Source of the DNA: Octopus sinensis
Taxonomy: Eukaryota
Reading direction: 5' to 3'
DNA length: 64,000 bases
Assembly (NCBI RefSeq): GCF_006345805.1
Contig: NC_043005.1
Span: 51,956,001 to 52,020,000, forward strand
Positions 63,557 to 64,000 of the stretch are shown here, piece by piece. The translations under genes and the position numbers were made by a program. Every line of letters starts with the position of its first letter. Within the stretch, counting starts at the first letter, position 1. The notes beneath the pieces were generated by a model, which saw nothing but the letters and a program-made list of their open reading frames with translations, was not told the origin of the DNA and ran no database searches.

Positions 63557-64000
63557 GGGTTGGACAAAATAATGGAAACACCTAATAATGGATATCTATA
63601 AAACCGTCAAAAGTTGTTATTTTTATGTATTTTGATTTATTATTAGTGTTGCTTAATATGTTTTGCTAAAATTGCTGTTTCTTTTCAGATATCATCTAAA
63701 GTGACGGATCTATCGGACTGTCAAAGAGGTCAAACAGTTGGTGCTCGTATGGCAGGCGCTAGAGTAACGAAAACAGGCGAAATGTTTGGTGTATCAAGAA
63801 GTACTGTCTCGAAAGTAATGACAGCCTTTGAGAAGGCGGGAAAGACTACGTCGAAACAAAACTCCGGAAGTAAAACAAAACTTTGAGATAGGGACCGTCG
63901 GATTCTTACGCGAATTGCTAGAAACGATCACATAACTACGGCACCCAAAATTACTGCAGAGGTAAATGACCACCTCGAGAACCCAGTTTCCACAAAAATG
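63554..64000 (+). mobile_element. Tc1-family transposon, left end and transposase N-terminus (runs off the window)
   Basis: TA|CAGGGGTTGGACAAAATAATGGAAACACC terminus; DLSDCQRGQTVGARMAGARVTKTGEMFGVSRSTVSKVMTAFEK..NSG.K.KL*DRDRR is a Tc1 paired-like HTH; nonsense codon at 63884. Confidence 0.93.

Overview
AT-rich, microsatellite-saturated animal genomic DNA, intronic or intergenic. The repeat style suggests a coleoid cephalopod, probably Octopus; this is an inference from recalled repeat sequences, not a search. No host protein-coding gene can be established; only a few weak candidate exons were seen. Nearly all ORF-track entries are microsatellite or low-complexity artefacts. The recognisable coding sequence is transposon-derived: a young 5'-truncated CR1-type LINE (18.2-20.2 kb), an older CR1 relic, the 3' tip of an REL-endonuclease (R4/Dong-like) LINE, a decayed Zn-knuckle ORF1-like unit, a Ty3/Gypsy relic, three mariner relics plus a mariner end, a Tc1 left end, and a deleted Helitron with two non-autonomous relatives. 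There are also dozens of copies of at least three tRNA-headed SINE families and several MITE or foldback elements. The most interesting signals are: (i) a 28S rRNA fragment that stops inside the 'hidden break' interval, (ii) minimal hammerhead-ribozyme motifs in Penelope-type repeats, (iii) an ORF1-only unit with a possible 5'-UTR intron, (iv) a circularly permuted Gypsy copy (internal-PPT-LTR-PBS), and (v) several template-switch palindromes and hairpins. All coordinates and counts were read by hand; element boundaries are approximate.
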